NCBI GenBank assembly: GCA_002104905.1 | Contig: MCFE01000124.1 | Coordinates: 62,001-126,000, forward strand | DNA length: 64,000 nucleotides | Direction of reading: 5' to 3' | From: Basidiobolus meristosporus CBS 931.73 | Lineage: Eukaryota > Fungi > Basidiobolomycota | Shown: positions 61,101 to 64,000 of the stretch, in pieces | Layout of the letters: each line of letters starts with the position of its first letter | Position numbering within the stretch: position 1 is the first letter of the stretch | The notes under the pieces: model-generated | Told to the model about the DNA's origin: nothing | The model's input: the letters and a program-made list of their open reading frames with translations, nothing else | Databases searched by the model: none | Program-made: the position numbers and the translations under genes

Positions 61101-64000
61101 CTCCGTACTTGCAGGAACTCTTTCAAACGGTTGTGCCACAGCTCATCCAGAATGGACTCGGTGATGGGAATTTCGATAGAGACGTTCAAGATATTCTTCG
61201 AAGGCTGGCCGTCTGAAGGCCGTTTCGAATAGATGCGTAACACGCGATCAAACTGCATCTCCAGCTCGCTGGTGTTCCGGAATGAGACCATCAACCCTTT
61301 CCTAAGTAGATTTTGATCGGCCGGAATATGACTCATGTCAGATAGGCTTAGGATCCGCTTTTTTCCATGCTGCGCTCCGAGACGGGCGCTCCGACTGGGA
61401 TCGTGGAGTAAGAAGTTCCATTCAAAAATGAATGGGGATTGCTCTGTGTGGTAGACAACATTCAGTATATCATACGCGTGATAGGATCGACGGCAATACA
61501 CCTCCAGGGCAGCAAGCGCTATCCATCCGTTCTCATGATAAAAGAAGTTCTGGAGCACATCAAACATGAAGTAGTTCGTGACAATCAGATCCTTGATAGA
61601 GTCGTAGCTTGGTTCCCGGAAGACCTCTTCCCCAATGCCATATATGGTGTCGGTAACTGCACTCCTAAGGATACGCTCCATCTGGCTCATTCGCTGCTCG
61701 TATGATGGCAATTGTGTCTGGATCAGCATTTCCTTGGCAAGCAGGGCAACCTTCGTTGTACGTCGATTTGTGAGTTCTGCTATCTTCTTCAGGATTGTCA
61801 TATAGCATGGGTCCAGTGAGCCACCAATGCGATTTGGTCGAATATGTTCCAGCAATATCAGAATCAGTTTGTTCTTTCCAAAGACCTTCCAATGGGACTG
61901 TACTACGCTGACGACATAATCGAGGTTGTCCTTGTTACTGTCGCGTAGCTGTAGAATGGTCTCCTCCTCGCTCTTGGAGTCGTCATCAAACATCACTTCA
62001 TTCTGGTAGTATCGTTCAATTAGACTACGAATCACATCATTTTGACGGCCTACAAGTCCATTCATGTAGGACGCAATAACATCAGCGATAGGGGCTATTG
62101 ACTCCCTAAATCTGGTGACTTCACCAGCCTTGAGACTAACAGAAGAGTATGCTTGGATCAGACTATGTAGGGATTGAGCGGGAAATGCAGAATCGGTTTC
62201 CTGTGCCGAGACAATCGCTTCATGGATTTCGGTCTGTAACCTTGCAGGGATGTGCCCAGAGAGTGCGGAAAACGCCTCATTAAATTCATTATAAGCCAGC
62301 TCTTTGCAAGTAAGGCATTCCAATAGTTGCTTGACTTTGTTTTCTATCGGCTCTTGATGGTCGAAGCCCTCCAGCACCAACTCCAGAGAGCGCTTGATAT
62401 CCTGAAACCTTTGGTGGATCTTGTTTCCCTTGACAAATGGGGGCCCCATGGAGGGCAACTGGCCCTCGAATCGTTTTGCGTAATGAACGCGGTTCGGGTC
62501 ATCTAATGTAAGAATTCCCAATATGTCGCCGGGCTCCAGTGTACTTCCAGGCTGCTTAATGAATTGGACTACTCCACTCTCGGTGGCAGTCAACGACATA
62601 TACATTTTCATCACTTGGGTTTCGGCGTAGGCATCACCAATGTTAAGGTGATCTCCTGGCTCGACTAAATAACGAATCAACTTCCCAGAGGTTGGGGACC
62701 GTAGTTGAGTGGGATCGTTTTCATTCTCGATGAGACATGTTTTCCCGTCGATCATTATCCGGGTTCCTTGGACCTCTTCTTTGGTATAGATCGTATGGCT
62801 TCTTCCGTCCAGAAACACCAGCATCCCGCCGTCAGTCAGAGAACGAACTGCGACCTCCGCTTTTGTACCATTGATGTATAGCGTGTATGTGTGGCTTGCC
62901 ACCCTTGTTGCTGTGAATTTGTATTTTGTGTTCTCGTAGATAAAATCAACGTTGAACGCGGACTTCAGGCTGTCTTTTCCTAGTACTTGCCCTTTCTCTA
63001 GAGACCGCTTGAACTCCTGGATTAGCTCGTCACATTTGACATGAGCTTTATAGACTGCTCCACAGATTATCGCCAGACTGACTGGGGGTCTCTCAGCAGT
63101 CAGGTTCTTGGAGATGAGAGTGTCTAACCAGTTGGTGTTCACTGTGTTATGTTCGAATGCTTCTGCCTCAAGGAGTTTGATCAGATACTCTACTGTGGTA
63201 CGAAATTCACTTCGGATGGACATCTCCTTCAACGCGACAACCATATTCTTTCTGGCCTGCTGACGATCCTCGCCGTAAGCGAAGATATGGCCAAATTGGC
63301 TATCGGCAAACTCGTGTAGTCCGCCGGTGGAATCCAGTGAGAAATACCCCCAGACGTTTGTGTTGCTTCTAAAATTCAGGTCGTTCATCATACCGCTACT
63401 AGGCTTGAAGCCTGCGTCCGGGTTTTCGGCCGTAATTCGGACCGCGATAACATGGCCTTTGGGAGCTGGTTTGCGTTGAGCTTGAAAGGATTCAGGTTTG
63501 CAAAATTCGAAATCGATTCCTGATGACCCACTAGGGGCCAGCCCATATAAATGCCGGATATCCCTGATGCAATGAAGTGGAATCCCCATGGCTATTTGAA
63601 GCTGGGCTGCAGGAAGATTTACACCTGAGATCATTTCGGTGGTAGGGTGTTCCACCTGCAAGCGGGGATTTAGTTCCAAGAAGTAGAATTCGTCTTTCTT
63701 GTGGTTGTACAGATATTCAACAGTCCCGGCACTAACGTAGCCAACCAATTTCGCGAGTCGAACGGCGCCCTTCTCCATCTCCTCGATAGCTTTTGCATTA
63801 GCAATAGTGACCGGAGCTTCTTCGATAATCTTTTGATGCCTGCGTTGAACGGAGCAATCTCTTCCGAACAACGAGATAGCATTGCCGTACTGGTCGGCCA
63901 GAAGCTGTACCTCCAGGTGTCGGGAGTCCTCTGCTAGCTTCATGATGAATATGGGGGATCCAGGAACCTCGCTCTGAACCTGTTCAAATGCGATTGGGAA
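58121..64000 (-). CDS. ACC1: Acetyl-CoA carboxylase (multidomain eukaryotic ACC); 5' part lies beyond the window
   Basis: >1940 aa uninterrupted ORF: BC (RDCSVQRRHQKIIEE, ELNPRLQVEH), BCCP (VMKM), central domain, CT (ENLRGSGLIAGE, NWRGFSGG, ELRGGAWVV). Confidence 0.98.
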   Translation of the reverse strand, partial: FPIAFEQVQSEVPGSPIFIMKLAEDSRHLEVQLLADQYGNAISLFGRDCSVQRRHQKIIEEAPVTIANAKAIEEMEKGAVRLAKLVGYVSAGTVEYLYNHKKDEFYFLELNPRLQVEHPTTEMISGVNLPAAQLQIAMGIPLHCIRDIRHLYGLAPSGSSGIDFEFCKPESFQAQRKPAPKGHVIAVRITAENPDAGFKPSSGMMNDLNFRSNTNVWGYFSLDSTGGLHEFADSQFGHIFAYGEDRQQARKNMVVALKEMSIRSEFRTTVEYLIKLLEAEAFEHNTVNTNWLDTLISKNLTAERPPVSLAIICGAVYKAHVKCDELIQEFKRSLEKGQVLGKDSLKSAFNVDFIYENTKYKFTATRVASHTYTLYINGTKAEVAVRSLTDGGMLVFLDGRSHTIYTKEEVQGTRIMIDGKTCLIENENDPTQLRSPTSGKLIRYLVEPGDHLNIGDAYAETQVMKMYMSLTATESGVVQFIKQPGSTLEPGDILGILTLDDPNRVHYAKRFEGQLPSMGPPFVKGNKIHQRFQDIKRSLELVLEGFDHQEPIENKVKQLLECLTCKELAYNEFNEAFSALSGHIPARLQTEIHEAIVSAQETDSAFPAQSLHSLIQAYSSVSLKAGEVTRFRESIAPIADVIASYMNGLVGRQNDVIRSLIERYYQNEVMFDDDSKSEEETILQLRDSNKDNLDYVVSVVQSHWKVFGKNKLILILLEHIRPNRIGGSLDPCYMTILKKIAELTNRRTTKVALLAKEMLIQTQLPSYEQRMSQMERILRSAVTDTIYGIGEEVFREPSYDSIKDLIVTNYFMFDVLQNFFYHENGWIALAALEVYCRRSYHAYDILNVVYHTEQSPFIFEWNFLLHDPSRSARLGAQHGKKRILSLSDMSHIPADQNLLRKGLMVSFRNTSELEMQFDRVLRIYSKRPSDGQPSKNILNVSIEIPITESILDELWHNRLKEFLQVRSESLRQRGIRRVTFLLCRQGQIPAFFNFRENNNFEEDKTIRHIDPALAYQLELTRLSNFDVTPCFSENRYLHIYYAVAKENISDCRFFVRVLVRPGRLRSNIQTAEYLVSESDRLLTDILNALEILNSTHHNSDCNHIFINFIPTFVLEPEQVEDALTGFIDRHGKQLWRQRVTSGEIKFNVQTSKSDVPIPVRFTITNVAGFVLKMETYTEEKNALGEWIYKSLGSPGSMHLQPVSSKYQTKEWLQPRRYKAHVMGTTYVYDFPELFSQSIRQIWNEATIQDPALKAPREILNAKELVVDDQGEIHELNRSPGMNSCGMVAWMFEIFTPEYPEGRNAIVIANDITYITGSFGVKEDMVFYKASQLARRLGIPRIYISANSGARIGLAESVKSLFRVAWSKDEHSLGIKYLYLTPDEYKEINSTSTPVVIAHEIYDEGEVRYKITDIVGEEDGIGVENLRGSGLIAGETSRAYHDIFTINLVSCRSVGIGAYLVRLGQRTIQNEGQPIILTGAPALNKVLGREVYSSNLQLGGTQVMHKNGVSHLTATDDLDGITKILQWLSYIPAKRGEMLPITPKPDPVDREIAYIPPKGPSDPRHFIEGKYDSDQWIGGFFDKGSFVETLNGWARSVVTGRARLGGIPIGVIAVETRTIEHITPADPANANSEEQILVEAGGVWYPNSAYKTAQAINDFNNGEELPLIIFANWRGFSGGQRDMYNEILKYGSYIVDSLSNYKQPAFIYIIPNGELRGGAWVVLDPTINPDMMEMYADDESRAGILEPEGIVEIKYRKPQLISAMERLDDTYCSLTQQLRGPDIKSEEKAEIVAKLEQREKELLPIYTQIATLFADLHDTPGRMKAKGAVRDILQWKTARRFFYWRVLRRIHEERWLKQIAAVDSSISRTASIEHLKSWFCKDTKNTDEQWESSNEVVVHWLTHSHQLIARNIKDLRESFIANHISELSRSDRSAMLNGFIKTFGSLSTEERDLLLRKLGH

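Noticed and set aside
58680-63937. Plus-strand and alternative-frame ORFs overlapping ACC (e.g. 58964-59617, 217 aa)
   Set aside because: Shadow ORFs of a long coding gene; no domains.

Overview
Fungal genomic DNA, probably from an early-diverging lineage (Mucoromycota/Zoopagomycota-like, judged from the APSES and ACC sequences and 55-66 bp introns). There are two sharply different compartments. (1) ~1-33.7 kb is a CpG-depleted nest of decayed transposons. It holds several copies of a PHIS-superfamily (Harbinger-related, Pangu-like) DNA transposon with AGACTTGTTCCATTG termini, ANT target-site duplications, a DDE_Tnp_4 transposase and a divergent second ORF with a SAP-like motif. It also holds two foldback MITEs of that family, CMC/CACTA (tnp2) transposase relics with a probable divergent accessory ORF, Ty3/Gypsy and Ty1/Copia relics, and ~1.07-kb solo LTRs with 4-bp TSDs. 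Three insertions sit inside copies of their own family. (2) ~33.7-64 kb has normal CpG content and carries a StuA-like APSES transcription factor, an L-asparaginase, a five-finger C2H2 protein, a tRNA-like relic, a Cys-rich GPI-anchor-type protein, an orphan secreted protein divergent from a 7TM receptor-like gene, and the 3' part of acetyl-CoA carboxylase. All calls come from reading the sequence by eye; no database searches were run, and relic boundaries are approximate.
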